The translations under genes and the position numbers were made by a program. 64,000 nucleotides of DNA from an uncultured Desulfobacter sp. (lineage in GTDB: Bacteria > Desulfobacterota > Desulfobacteria > Desulfobacterales > Desulfobacteraceae). Below the pieces are notes generated by a model. That model ran no database searches, was not told the origin of the DNA, and was given only the letters and a program-made list of their open reading frames with translations. Shown piece by piece: positions 20,224 through 30,127 of this stretch (position 1 is its first letter; each line of letters opens with the position of its first letter). The stretch covers positions 2,720,001 to 2,784,000 of the forward strand of contig OY762069.1 in the NCBI GenBank assembly GCA_963665095.1, in the 5' to 3' direction.

Positions 20224-20565
20224 ATGTTTAAACCCGCACGACTTCTTACATATGGCATTTTCTGTTTTTTGGCAGTTCTTCTGTTTAGCCCGGCCATGGC
20301 AGGAGATGGCATTATCAGCCTGAACAAGGCAGATCTTCAAGAGATCAAAGCACTGTTTGTTGATGAACTCGATCTTCCCGAAGAGCTTGCAAGGTCCCTT
20401 GTGGAATATCGCAAGGCCAACGGTAGCTTCAAATCACCCGAGGACCTGATCAAGGTGCCGGGTATGACCCAGGATTTTATCGAAGAGATCAACCCGCAGC
20501 TCATTGACAATGACGTGGTTTACGATCCGGATGCAGAACCGGCACTGGCGCCTTCGAAATGCTGA
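20224..20565 (+). CDS. Secreted HhH protein 2, C-terminal PALAPSKC
   Basis: Signal peptide, ISLNKA, YRKANGSFKSPEDLIKVPGM. Confidence 0.82.
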   Translation: MFKPARLLTYGIFCFLAVLLFSPAMAGDGIISLNKADLQEIKALFVDELDLPEELARSLVEYRKANGSFKSPEDLIKVPGMTQDFIEEINPQLIDNDVVYDPDAEPALAPSKC

Positions 20566-20613
20566 ACCAGAAGTGCTGAACCAAGGTTGAACTGAAATTT
20601 AAAGGAGAACATA

Positions 20614-20952
20614 ATGAAATCATTAACCGGAAAAATATTTTTTGCACTGCTCTTCATGGCCGTCACCTTTATTTCGTCCGGTGCTCAGGCTGGCGTAGAG
20701 GATGACTTTATCAGTTTTAATACGGCCCCGGCATCGGAATTCCTGAAAATTCAAATTGTACAGGTCCCTGAGGCCGTAGCCAACGCCATTGTCAAGTACC
20801 GGGAAGCAAACGGCCCCTACAAAACCCCTGAAGATCTCAAAAAGGTCCCCGGAATGACGGATGACCTGTTCGATGCCCTTGATCCCATCGAGGAAGAGGG
20901 AGACATCGTGTTTGAAAAAGCCGGCGGCCCCGGCGGGATGAACGCTTATTAA
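20614..20952 (+). CDS. Secreted HhH protein 3, C-terminal AGGPGGMNAY
   Basis: Signal peptide, ISFNTA, YREANGPYKTPEDLKKVPGM; paralogue of the 20224 protein. Confidence 0.82.
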   Translation: MKSLTGKIFFALLFMAVTFISSGAQAGVEDDFISFNTAPASEFLKIQIVQVPEAVANAIVKYREANGPYKTPEDLKKVPGMTDDLFDALDPIEEEGDIVFEKAGGPGGMNAY

Positions 20953-21029
20953 TCTAACATACGGATGGGGATGTATGAGGCAATGCCCCTGCGGCAAAAA
21001 CTCATACGCCCCAATCAAGGAGAACATAT

Positions 21030-22394
21030 ATGAAAAAGAAAGTTCTGCTGCCCCTGCTCCTTGTCTTTGCCTGGATGAGCACGGCCAGTGCATATGAAGC
21101 TTTTACCGGCCCCACCGGGGTCCTTCACTGGGACAAAAAAAAGGCCTATGAAGGGTATACCTTGTTTGCCCCCATGGTCAACTGCACGACCACCTACCTT
21201 ATAGATATGGAGGGCAATGTTGTCCATACCTGGGAAAGCAAATTTCCTCCCGGACTCTATGCCGAGCTTCTTCCCAACGGAAATCTGCTCAGGGCAGCCA
21301 CGCTTCCCAGAAAATCCAAAAAGGGATACTGCGGAATCGGCGGTGCCGGCGGACTGATCGAAGAGATCGACTGGGACGGAAATGTGGTGTGGCGGTACAA
21401 ACTATGGGAAAAGAACAAGGAAATTCAGCACCATACTTTTTACCGGCTGCCCAACGGCAACACCATGATCCTTGCCTGGGAAGTAAAGCCCATACAGGAA
21501 GGCATTGATAAAGGAAGGGACCCTGCCACCCTGCCCGATAAACCGGTGACCCAGAAGGGTGTGCCCATGGACGACTGGTGGGTGGATTTTGTCCGGGAAG
21601 TAGATCCGGCCGGCAACACGGTCTGGGAATGGCATGTGTGGGATCATGTCGGCACAGGACCCGACCAGCTGGACATCAACTACAAGCTGCCTGATCCTGT
21701 TGGACTGACCTATCCCAACTGGGACTGGAGCCATTTCAACACCATTGATTATATTCCGGAAACCGATCAGGTGGTATTAAACTCCAGAAACTTTGCCGAG
21801 TTCTACTTCATCAACCACAAAACCGGTAAAATCGAGTACCGGTGGGGTAACCCTTCTGCCTATGGCAAGGGGAAAAGACCTTCCTGGTATGACAACGGAG
21901 ATCAGAAGGTGTTTGGCACCCATTGCTCCACAGTCCTTGAAAACGGAAATATCCTGCTTTTTGATAACGGATCCGAAGGTCCTGAGGAGAGACGGTCGGC
22001 CGTGTTTGAGATCAACCCCAAGACCGATGAGGTGGTATGGAAATTTGAACCCAAGCATACCAGCAGTTTCTTCTCCTACCGCCAGGGCGCGGCCCAGAGG
22101 CTTCCCAACGGGAATACCCTGGTTACCTCCACCCATGGGGGACATTTGTTTGAAATCAACAAACGGGGGGATGTGGTCTGGGATTATGTCAGCCCGGTAT
22201 TCAGCGGGAAAATGAAATGCGTGGCAGAAGATGATGACGCTTTCGACCGGAAATACCACCAGAACGGCATGACCAACATGATTCACCGGGCATACCGTTA
22301 CGGTGCGGATTATCCGGGGCTGAAAGGGAAAGACCTGAGTCAGAAAACGCCCATGGTCAAAGACTGCCCCGCATTTTTTAAGACATATAAATAA
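21030..22394 (+). CDS. ASST-family protein 2 (Sec signal)
   Basis: GYTLF, QHH, DWSHFNT, LNSRN, GTH, FDNG, GAAQRLPNGNTL, IHRAYR. Confidence 0.88.
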   Translation: MKKKVLLPLLLVFAWMSTASAYEAFTGPTGVLHWDKKKAYEGYTLFAPMVNCTTTYLIDMEGNVVHTWESKFPPGLYAELLPNGNLLRAATLPRKSKKGYCGIGGAGGLIEEIDWDGNVVWRYKLWEKNKEIQHHTFYRLPNGNTMILAWEVKPIQEGIDKGRDPATLPDKPVTQKGVPMDDWWVDFVREVDPAGNTVWEWHVWDHVGTGPDQLDINYKLPDPVGLTYPNWDWSHFNTIDYIPETDQVVLNSRNFAEFYFINHKTGKIEYRWGNPSAYGKGKRPSWYDNGDQKVFGTHCSTVLENGNILLFDNGSEGPEERRSAVFEINPKTDEVVWKFEPKHTSSFFSYRQGAAQRLPNGNTLVTSTHGGHLFEINKRGDVVWDYVSPVFSGKMKCVAEDDDAFDRKYHQNGMTNMIHRAYRYGADYPGLKGKDLSQKTPMVKDCPAFFKTYK

Positions 22395-22436
22395 CCGTTG
22401 GAAACATGTAAGGAAACGTTTTTTGTTATCTTTAAA

Positions 22437-22480
22437 GAACGCCGGTTCTCCTGATAAAGGCGGACCGGTGTTCTGCTTTG
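22437..22480 (+). terminator. Probable intrinsic terminator after ASST2
   Basis: GAACGCCGGTTC..GGACCGGTGTTC hairpin followed by TGCTTT. Confidence 0.5.
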
Positions 22481-22629
22481 AACAACGCTTTTGAGGATTT
22501 CATCTTGATAACCGGATGATCATAATCGTAATATGAAAGTGAAGTAAATATGTGCGTTTTGAGCGGCAACTGACCTGGTTATTTTTTGATGATGAATAAC
22601 AGCAGCCTGAAGCAGAGGAGAAAAATCCT

Positions 22630-23985
22630 ATGAAATATAATGTATTATTCATTGATGACGAAAAGGATTTTTTAACAGCTCTCAAGGGGTATTTTACCAT
22701 AAACTATGAAGTGCAGACGGCTGAATCAGGGGCTAAAGGACTGAGCCTTCTGGAGCAGACCCAGTTTGATGCTGTAGTTACGGATATGTCCATGCCCGGA
22801 GGAATGGATGGACTTGACGTGATCAGGGAAATCAGAAAAACAGACCCCCTTCTTCCCATTATCATCATGACAGGCGTTGGCACCATTAAAAATGCCGTTG
22901 AAGCCATCCAGCAGGGCGCCTTTCATTATATTACCAAACCCTTTGGTTCTGATGAGCTTGAAATCACCCTGCGCCGGGCCATTGAGAGCGGCCAGCTTCA
23001 CCGGCGGCTTGCCAGACAGGAAGGCGAATCCAGGAAGGACAACGATTATGTCTTCGGCTCAAGCCGTCAGATACAAGATATCATGCAGACAATTGACAAG
23101 GTGTCCGACTCTGATGCACCCATCCTTCTTTTGGGAGAAACCGGAACCGGAAAGTCCATGATAGCCAAACATATCCACAAGACAAGTACCCGGAAAGACA
23201 AGCCTTTGTTCACCATCGACTGTGCTGCCCTGGCAGAGACCCTTCTGGAAAGTGAACTCTTTGGGCATGTCAAAGGTGCTTTTACAGGCGCCGTCTCAGC
23301 CAAGCGCGGACTGTTGGAAGAGGCGTATGGCGGTACCATCCTGCTGGATGAAATCGGGGAGCTTTCCCCGTCCACCCAGGTCAAACTGCTCCGCGCAGTC
23401 CAGGAACTTGAAATCCGGCCGGTGGGGGGTAACCGGCCGGTGAGTATAGATGTCCGGTTTATATCGGCAACCAGCCGGAATCTGGAGGATGAAATAGAAA
23501 AAAACCTATTCAGAAAGGATCTATATTTCCGTCTGGCTGTTATCTCCTTAACCCTGCCCCCCCTAAGGCAAAGGAAATTTGATATTCCCCAGTTTGTGGC
23601 CCATTTCCTGGAAAAATTTAACCAACGGTACAAAAAAAGGATTACCCGGCTTGAACCCTCCGTCCTCCAGGACCTTCAACAATTGCCCTGGAAGGGAAAC
23701 ATCCGGGAACTGGAAAATACCATGGAGCGGATGGTGCTGCTGGCGGACCGTGACGTGGTCACCCGGGATCTGTTATATTTTTGTGATAAAAATAATTGTT
23801 GCCAGGAAACGGACACGCCCAACGACCACATCTCCTCCTTAAAAGAAGTGGTCCAGGATGCTGAAAGCCTGGCCATAAAGCAGGCCCTTGAGCTGACACA
23901 GGGCAACCGGACCCTGGCAGCCAAGCTTTTAGGTATCGGAAGGCGTACCCTCTACGTCAAGATGGAAACCTACGGAATTAACTGA
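22630..23985 (+). CDS. Sigma54-dependent response regulator (NtrC/AtoC type)
   Basis: Receiver domain (IDDE, TDMSMPG), GETGTGKS, GAFTGA, WKGNIRELEN, C-terminal Fis HTH. Confidence 0.95.
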   Translation: MKYNVLFIDDEKDFLTALKGYFTINYEVQTAESGAKGLSLLEQTQFDAVVTDMSMPGGMDGLDVIREIRKTDPLLPIIIMTGVGTIKNAVEAIQQGAFHYITKPFGSDELEITLRRAIESGQLHRRLARQEGESRKDNDYVFGSSRQIQDIMQTIDKVSDSDAPILLLGETGTGKSMIAKHIHKTSTRKDKPLFTIDCAALAETLLESELFGHVKGAFTGAVSAKRGLLEEAYGGTILLDEIGELSPSTQVKLLRAVQELEIRPVGGNRPVSIDVRFISATSRNLEDEIEKNLFRKDLYFRLAVISLTLPPLRQRKFDIPQFVAHFLEKFNQRYKKRITRLEPSVLQDLQQLPWKGNIRELENTMERMVLLADRDVVTRDLLYFCDKNNCCQETDTPNDHISSLKEVVQDAESLAIKQALELTQGNRTLAAKLLGIGRRTLYVKMETYGIN

Positions 23986-24300
23986 TCTGCAACCATATTT
24001 TTAAACTGTGCAAATCCGCGCGCAACTTTCCTGACAGCCGCACTCCCCTTGCCTTGCTTTTTTGCAGAATACTAGTAGATTACGATGGATGGTTCCATCC
24101 GGTTTCTTATAATTCCCTGCCGATCACCCACATCTGTGTATAATCCTGCACTCCCCAAAAGCGAATGTGCCGGAATCGATACTACTTCTTTCATCAGGCG
24201 GGGAAAGCCCTGCTTTCAATGGGGTTCATTCCAAAAAATACCGTTAGAATATTCTATCATCTCAACATATTAGAATAACGTTAGGCTGATCCAGGAGCAG

Positions 24301-24316
24301 TGGCATACCCCTTGCT
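24301..24316 (+). promoter_or_regulatory. Sigma54 (-24/-12) promoter for the porin-ASST3 operon
   Basis: TGGCATACCCCTTGCT, exact GG-N10-GC; degenerate TGTGC-N8-GCACA sites upstream at 24007, 24135 and 24166. Confidence 0.8.
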
Positions 24317-24448
24317 AAGTTATGGGTAATCAAGGACTAACGGAACATTTTAAACGCGATGTTGCAGGATGTTCCATTGAGGCGAGAGCCAAAGCCTCCC
24401 GAGGGGGGGTGTGTATTTCAGTTTACTTTTACTTTACACGGAGGAGAG

Positions 24449-25738
24449 ATGAAAAAGTCTTTTATTGCGACCTTAGCTTTGATTTGCTGCATGGTGTGGT
24501 CGGTCCCTGCATTTGCCGTGGATTTTGAGTATGGCGGTTATTGGAGGACACGTGCTTATACCATGAACGGATTCACCGGAGACGGTGATGATGAATCCCT
24601 TGATATGTCCAAGGTGGATGCCAGGGGACGGTTATGGACCAAACACATTATCAACGAGGAAACATCCTGGACAAACCGGATCGAGTTCAACGTGATCTGG
24701 GGGGATGAAGACAATGGCGGGGGCATTGCCACCGACGGTACAGACTATATCCGGTTCAAACACTCTTATATGGATTATGACACCACCGTATTTAATACAG
24801 ACATGCACTTAAGAATGGGTCTTCAGGGATTTACAGTGGCCAACGGCATGCTGTTTGATGATGATTTCGCCGGCCTGATCCTTTCCCACGAAGGCAGTAC
24901 CGCCACCCACAGATTCATCTGGATGAAAGTATTTGAAGGCAGCACGCTTTCCGGAGAATATGAAGAGGACCTGGAGGACCTGGATGTTGATTTCCTCGGG
25001 TTATCCTCCACTTTTAACTTCATGAACGATGCCCTGGCCCTGAACGCCTACGTCTTTTACCTGACCTCCGACGACGGCCGGGAGTGGTCTGCCACCACCG
25101 GAAACCAGGAGATCAGCGTTTATTATCTTGGCGCAGATATCAAGTACACCCTTGACAGCGGAAACATCTGGGGGGTTCTCCTGTATGAAGGCGGTTCCGC
25201 AGATGTTGTCAATTCAGATGTCGAATATGATATGAAGGCCTATATTGCAGCCCTTGGCGGAGAAATGAATCTGGGCAAAGTGGGCATCCATGGTCAGGTA
25301 TTCTATGCCAGCGGCGATGACGACCTCAGTGACACGGATGTAACAGGCTTTTACGTGCCAAGGGGCCAAAGCTACTACTGGTCTGAAATCATGGGCATGG
25401 GTGTATTTGATTACACAGCCAGCAGCGGTTCCCCGGCAGATACCATCTCCAATGTTGTTGCCGGCAACTTGGGTATCAGCTATGAGGTATCCCAGGACTT
25501 AAGCCTTACCGGCGATATCTGGCACGCCCGGCATGCAGATACCAACGTACTGGTCACAGAAAAGACGCTGGGTACGGAAATTGACCTTCGGGCCGATTAT
25601 AAAATCAATGAAGACCTCAACCTGGTCGTGGTGGGGGCATACCTGTTTGCCGATGATGCAACCACCATGGGTGCCGATGACGCGTCTGATGTCTATGAAA
25701 TCGGCATGCAGTTATCCTTTAGTTTCAGTACCCTCTAA
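24449..25738 (+). CDS. Outer-membrane beta-barrel porin (deltaproteobacterial type)
   Basis: RBS GGAGG, signal peptide, GGYWRTR, LGTEIDLRADYKI, GAYLFA, amphipathic terminal strand QLSFSF. Confidence 0.75.
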   Translation: MKKSFIATLALICCMVWSVPAFAVDFEYGGYWRTRAYTMNGFTGDGDDESLDMSKVDARGRLWTKHIINEETSWTNRIEFNVIWGDEDNGGGIATDGTDYIRFKHSYMDYDTTVFNTDMHLRMGLQGFTVANGMLFDDDFAGLILSHEGSTATHRFIWMKVFEGSTLSGEYEEDLEDLDVDFLGLSSTFNFMNDALALNAYVFYLTSDDGREWSATTGNQEISVYYLGADIKYTLDSGNIWGVLLYEGGSADVVNSDVEYDMKAYIAALGGEMNLGKVGIHGQVFYASGDDDLSDTDVTGFYVPRGQSYYWSEIMGMGVFDYTASSGSPADTISNVVAGNLGISYEVSQDLSLTGDIWHARHADTNVLVTEKTLGTEIDLRADYKINEDLNLVVVGAYLFADDATTMGADDASDVYEIGMQLSFSFSTL

Positions 25739-25759
25739 TCACATGAAAGGAATCATCAC

Positions 25760-27685
25760 ATGAAAAAAATCCTTTTGGTGCTGACTGTGACTTTGATGGC
25801 CTCGGCAGCCTATGCTGCATCCCAGTTCTACAGCGCCACCGAATTGAACTACCACAACCCGGATACAGCCTATCAAGGGTATACCCTGTTTCATTCCATG
25901 AACGGGGAACAGACCACCTTCCTCATTGACATGGAAGGCCAGGTGGTCCATGCCTGGCCCATGGATGCTGACAAGTGGTCCATATCCAACAGTGTTCATT
26001 TTTATGAAAACGGGCTTCTTTTGAGGACCCAGACGCCCCAGTACGTGGGCAAATTCAAACTGGGATCCAGTGGTGGCAATCCCATGCTCGGAACCGTTTA
26101 TAAATTTTTAGACTGGGATAACAATGAAGTTTATTCCGTACGCCATCCTTTGCACAAGGATCCCACCGAAGCAGAGCTCCAACAGATATTCGGCCTTACT
26201 GATGATCAGATGAATGATCAGACAGCCATTGATGCGGCAGTGGCAGCCATGACCACAGCCCAGCAAGAAGAGATCAAGGCGCTTATCGACTACCGGGAAC
26301 ACCATGACGCAAAGATGATCTGGAATAAAAACTTAGGCAAATACACCATCATGTTTATTGCCAATAAAAAATTAACCGAGGAAGAGGTGCTCAACGCTGG
26401 TCAGGACCCTGATCTTGTGGATGTATCCACGATCTCTTCCTATCCCCACCTGGTTGATACGGACGTGATCGCTGAAGTCGATATCCAGACCGGAGAGCTG
26501 ATCTGGCAATGGTGGAGCGGGGATCATCTGATCCAGAACTACAGCGAGACTGCGGACAACTATGCCCAGGATATTGCAGACTGGTACTATGATGGGGATC
26601 TGCAGGAAGCCCATTACCACCGTCTGGATATCAATCATAAAAACAATCAGGGAATTTTCGGCCTGCGGGAAGACTTTTTTCACACCAACTCCTTTGACTA
26701 CAATGCCGATCGGGACGAGGTGGTATTGAATTCCAGGACATTCTCCGAATTTTTCGTCATTGACCATTCCAAGACCACAGAAGAGCTCAAGGGTAAAGCA
26801 GGCGACTTTTTATGGCGGTTCGGATCGCCCAGCAACTATTCATCCAAAGACCAGCTCGGAGAGGACCACGCGGATGTGGTTGCCTATCCCGGGGCCCGGG
26901 ACGCGTCTCTGGACCAGATTTACGGCGCCCACGACATTCACTGGATTCCAGAGGGGGAACCCGGTGCCGGCCATTTTATGATCTATGACAACGGTATTTT
27001 CCGTCCTGTATACCAGAACTCTGCCGTGCTGGAGATCAACCCCTACGATGACAACGGCAATTACATCCGGGAGCTGGATGCCGGCTACAAAACCAGCATG
27101 ATGCTCTATCCGGGAGCTATTGGCGCTGGCACATTTATGTACGGGTCCTATTTCAGTACAACCGTTAATTACATGAAGCCCTCCAACCTCATCACCTGGG
27201 CGTTTACCAGCAACTCCTGGAATTTTTTCGGCCCCCATATTTCAGGGTGCCAGCGTCTGGCCAATGGAAACACCCTGATCTGTGACGGCCCCAACGGCCA
27301 TTTCTTTGAAGTGACCACAGAGGGCCGGGTGGTCTGGGAGTACACAAGTCCTCTGTATGGAAGCACCATGTCCATGCCCGCCCTGAAAATCTTCGGAGAC
27401 CAGACCAGCATGTATATCGGCGCCACCACAAACAGCGGATTGACCTATGACGGGCAGGAGATCATCGGTGGCAGCGGCTTCTTTAACAGTGTTTTCCGCG
27501 CCTACCGGTATGGAACGGATTTTGCCGGTTTTTCCGGTAAGAATCTCGTGCCCATGGGTACGGTTGTGGAATATATGCAAAATGATGGAACACCATCATT
27601 CACCGGATTCGGATTCGGCGGAGGGATAGGCGGTTCCGGCGGTTCCGGCGGCGGTGGTGCCGGCGGTTCCGGCGGTGGATACTAA
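25760..27685 (+). CDS. ASST-family protein 3 with insertions and a Gly-rich C-terminal tail ending in Tyr
   Basis: GYTLF, EHHD, DFFHTNS, LNSRT, GAHD, YDNG, ISGCQRLANGNTLI, VFRAYRY; tail GGGIGGSGGSGGGGAGGSGGGY. Confidence 0.85.
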   Translation: MKKILLVLTVTLMASAAYAASQFYSATELNYHNPDTAYQGYTLFHSMNGEQTTFLIDMEGQVVHAWPMDADKWSISNSVHFYENGLLLRTQTPQYVGKFKLGSSGGNPMLGTVYKFLDWDNNEVYSVRHPLHKDPTEAELQQIFGLTDDQMNDQTAIDAAVAAMTTAQQEEIKALIDYREHHDAKMIWNKNLGKYTIMFIANKKLTEEEVLNAGQDPDLVDVSTISSYPHLVDTDVIAEVDIQTGELIWQWWSGDHLIQNYSETADNYAQDIADWYYDGDLQEAHYHRLDINHKNNQGIFGLREDFFHTNSFDYNADRDEVVLNSRTFSEFFVIDHSKTTEELKGKAGDFLWRFGSPSNYSSKDQLGEDHADVVAYPGARDASLDQIYGAHDIHWIPEGEPGAGHFMIYDNGIFRPVYQNSAVLEINPYDDNGNYIRELDAGYKTSMMLYPGAIGAGTFMYGSYFSTTVNYMKPSNLITWAFTSNSWNFFGPHISGCQRLANGNTLICDGPNGHFFEVTTEGRVVWEYTSPLYGSTMSMPALKIFGDQTSMYIGATTNSGLTYDGQEIIGGSGFFNSVFRAYRYGTDFAGFSGKNLVPMGTVVEYMQNDGTPSFTGFGFGGGIGGSGGSGGGGAGGSGGGY

Positions 27686-27712
27686 TACCGACCTGAAGAC
27701 CCCATCAACCTG

Positions 27713-27755
27713 ATAACCGGGCGCTGCACAATGATGTGCAGCGCCCGTTATTTTT
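27713..27755 (+). terminator. Intrinsic terminator ending the ASST cluster
   Basis: CGGGCGCTGCACA-ATGA-TGTGCAGCGCCCG followed by TTATTTTT. Confidence 0.8.
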
Positions 27756-28447
27756 ATAAGATGATCTTGTTTTTACGAATCACATGGGCCGGCAAACAGT
27801 CAAACAAATGGATCTTAAAGCACATAGTTCCGGATTTGTAAAATTGATTCGATTCATCAGTCAAATCAAACAATAAAAACCTTTGAAAATGTTGCCATCG
27901 TTACGGTGGTGTCTGAAATCCGCAGGGTCTTTGGAAAAATTCATTCTACTGTAAATCTTTGTTTTACAAGAGTCTGGCAAAAACAGAACAATGACGTGTA
28001 CAAATTGATTGCTGTCTATTCAAGCTTAGTTGAAATATAGTTGAACAGACCGCGAACAAACAGCTTGAGAGGCAGGGACCGAAAAAACCGGCCAGGCCTT
28101 TCTAAAATATGTGGTTAAAAGCATGATTTCTTTTGCTGAATAGTTACAAATATTAAAGATATGCGGACAAAAGGTGTTAACCCTGTCATGGCCGGTAATT
28201 GACGCCATGCTAATGACCAGGACCCCAATCCTGAAAATATCCGCGCCACACCCGGGGCTTATCCGGATTTCAAGTCCTATCTGGAAGACAGGGACATGTC
28301 CCTGATGTATTCCCATAGGGTCATGAATCTTCAAAAATTGTTTCCCTATGTCCCGGATGGGCTCAATGATATTTAAGGATAGGAACTTCCTTTTTTCATA
28401 GCAAGGTATAGCAAATCATGACAAGATCATCAAGAGCCTGAAATATG

Positions 28448-28497
28448 GCCCCAGCCGAGCGTAGCTACAACATGCTGTAGCTACGCTCGGCTGGGGC
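28448..28497. repeat. Perfect 22-bp inverted repeat with a 6-nt loop
   Basis: GCCCCAGCCGAGCGTAGCTACA-ACATGC-TGTAGCTACGCTCGGCTGGGGC, just downstream of an IS91-like relic. Confidence 0.85.
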
Positions 28498-28650
28498 TCC
28501 GGTGTCAAAGCGGTTGTGGGGATAAAAAACAACTTTGGAAAACGCAGAATATAAAGTCGGGTTGTATGCACCTAAAAAAGGAATAGCATCTATCTTTTAG
28601 GCTGATTCTGGACAGACCTCACCGGAAACCCCGCAAAACACTCAAAAAAT

Positions 28651-29025
28651 TCAGTTCCAGTAGTCGGCTGCCGGGATTTGGGGCACGCAGTGAAGCTTGC
28701 GCTCATCGGATAAGTCGTAAACCAAATCAGGAATATAGTCGGAAGTGACAGGTTGCGGCGGATCATGGTTACGGATATCCCAAAGCCCAAGATGACGCAA
28801 TATTTTTTCGATGATGTCAAGTTCTTCGATGAAACTGATGATGTGCATCTGTCCCCAGCATTTTGGACAGATCAGCGGGTCCATTTCATAAACTTTCTGA
28901 ATCAGCCTGGCCCAGTTTTGCCGAGATTCTTTGGATGACATCGCATTTGGAATAACAGCAGGAATGTCATCATCCACCTCCGCCTTTTTCCTCATACCCC
29001 GAGATTTGTTCGAATAATAACCATA
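28651..29025 (-). pseudogene. IS91-like (HUH) transposase, C-terminal part, separated from its upstream part by a RIT element
   Basis: YYSNKSRGMRKK..WARLIQKVYEMDPLICPKC..IEKILRHLGLW. Confidence 0.8.
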
Positions 29026-29122
29026 TTATGCGGAGTTCAAAATTATGCTGAGTTCATTTGAAATATCCAGTATTGAAGCAAGTCAACAAATTATGAACTC
29101 AGCATAATAGCACAGCGATTAA

Positions 29123-30127
29123 TCAAAGGTTTTCAAGGAAGGCAAGCACTGAATCTTTTGCCTTGTAGCGAACATTTTCCAATGATGGGTCTTGTACCTT
29201 TTTGAGTGCTTGTTCTTTCATTTTCAAATCAGCTTCAACATACATATGGGTAGTAGCTGGACTTTCATGACCCAGCCAAAGGGCGATGACTGTAATATCA
29301 ACTCCAGACTGAAGCAAGTGCATTGCTGTTGTGTGGCGGACAGTATGGGGTGATATTTTTCGGTGCCGGAGAGCAGGGAACTGTTCAGAAGCTTTGGTCA
29401 CTGCAAGCCGAAGTCGGTACTCAACACCGGATCGGGTAAGCGGTTTACCATTGCGGTTGGGAAAGACAGGGGCACTGCCCTTCAGAGTCAACCGAGAGCA
29501 CCAGTTTTTCATATGTTTCGCAGTGCTTCTCCATAGCGGGATGGATCTTTGCTTGCGGCCCTTACCATGAATGACAACAAATGCGCTATTTTCAAGATAA
29601 ACATCTTGATATTGTAAGCGGGTTACTTCAGAAACTCGCGCACCTGTATTATAAAATGTCATGAACATAATATAATCACGATGTCCGCTAAAAGTTGATT
29701 TGTCCGGCGATGTAATGATGGCTTCCATTTCTTCTGGTGAAAGATATTCAAAAGGTGGCCGGTCAAATCGTTTCAATGGAATAGCCAGAACTGTTCGTAT
29801 AGTGGAAAGAGCCTCAATATTCCGATATGATGCATAATTCAAAAAAGAGCGAATAGCAGCTAACCTGATATTTCTGCTTCTTGGAGTGTTGCCTCTCTCA
29901 TTTTCAAGATAGTCCAAAAAATCAAGCACCAACGGAGCATCAATATCTGTTAATTCAAACGATGCCGGTTTTTTGTTTATCCTTTCTTGTGTGTATTGTA
30001 GAAATACTCGAAATGTGTCCCGATAACTGGCAATGGTCTGTGGACTAGCATTTTGCTGTGTTATCAGTCTTTGGCAAAAAAAGTCTTGTATTAACGCGGA
30101 GAAGCTGATTTCAAGTTCATTGTTCAT
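29123..30127 (-). CDS. Tyrosine recombinase RitC-like
   Basis: TGARVSE, GKGRKQR, HTVRH, LGHESPATTHMY; likely start MNNELEIS at 30127. Confidence 0.92.
   Translation of the reverse strand: MNNELEISFSALIQDFFCQRLITQQNASPQTIASYRDTFRVFLQYTQERINKKPASFELTDIDAPLVLDFLDYLENERGNTPRSRNIRLAAIRSFLNYASYRNIEALSTIRTVLAIPLKRFDRPPFEYLSPEEMEAIITSPDKSTFSGHRDYIMFMTFYNTGARVSEVTRLQYQDVYLENSAFVVIHGKGRKQRSIPLWRSTAKHMKNWCSRLTLKGSAPVFPNRNGKPLTRSGVEYRLRLAVTKASEQFPALRHRKISPHTVRHTTAMHLLQSGVDITVIALWLGHESPATTHMYVEADLKMKEQALKKVQDPSLENVRYKAKDSVLAFLENL

Noticed and set aside
20560..20590. Possible selenocysteine read-through at KC-TGA of HhH protein 2
   Set aside because: No convincing SECIS-like hairpin, only a short extension is possible, and the paralogues end at similar positions
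17142..20952. Calling the HhH genes comEA (competence)
   Set aside because: Three acidic paralogues lie in a sulfotransferase operon with no competence genes nearby, so no symbol was assigned
27600..27682. GGCGGTTCC tandem repeats as a contingency (VNTR) locus
   Set aside because: Explained by the Gly/Ser codons of the ASST3 tail
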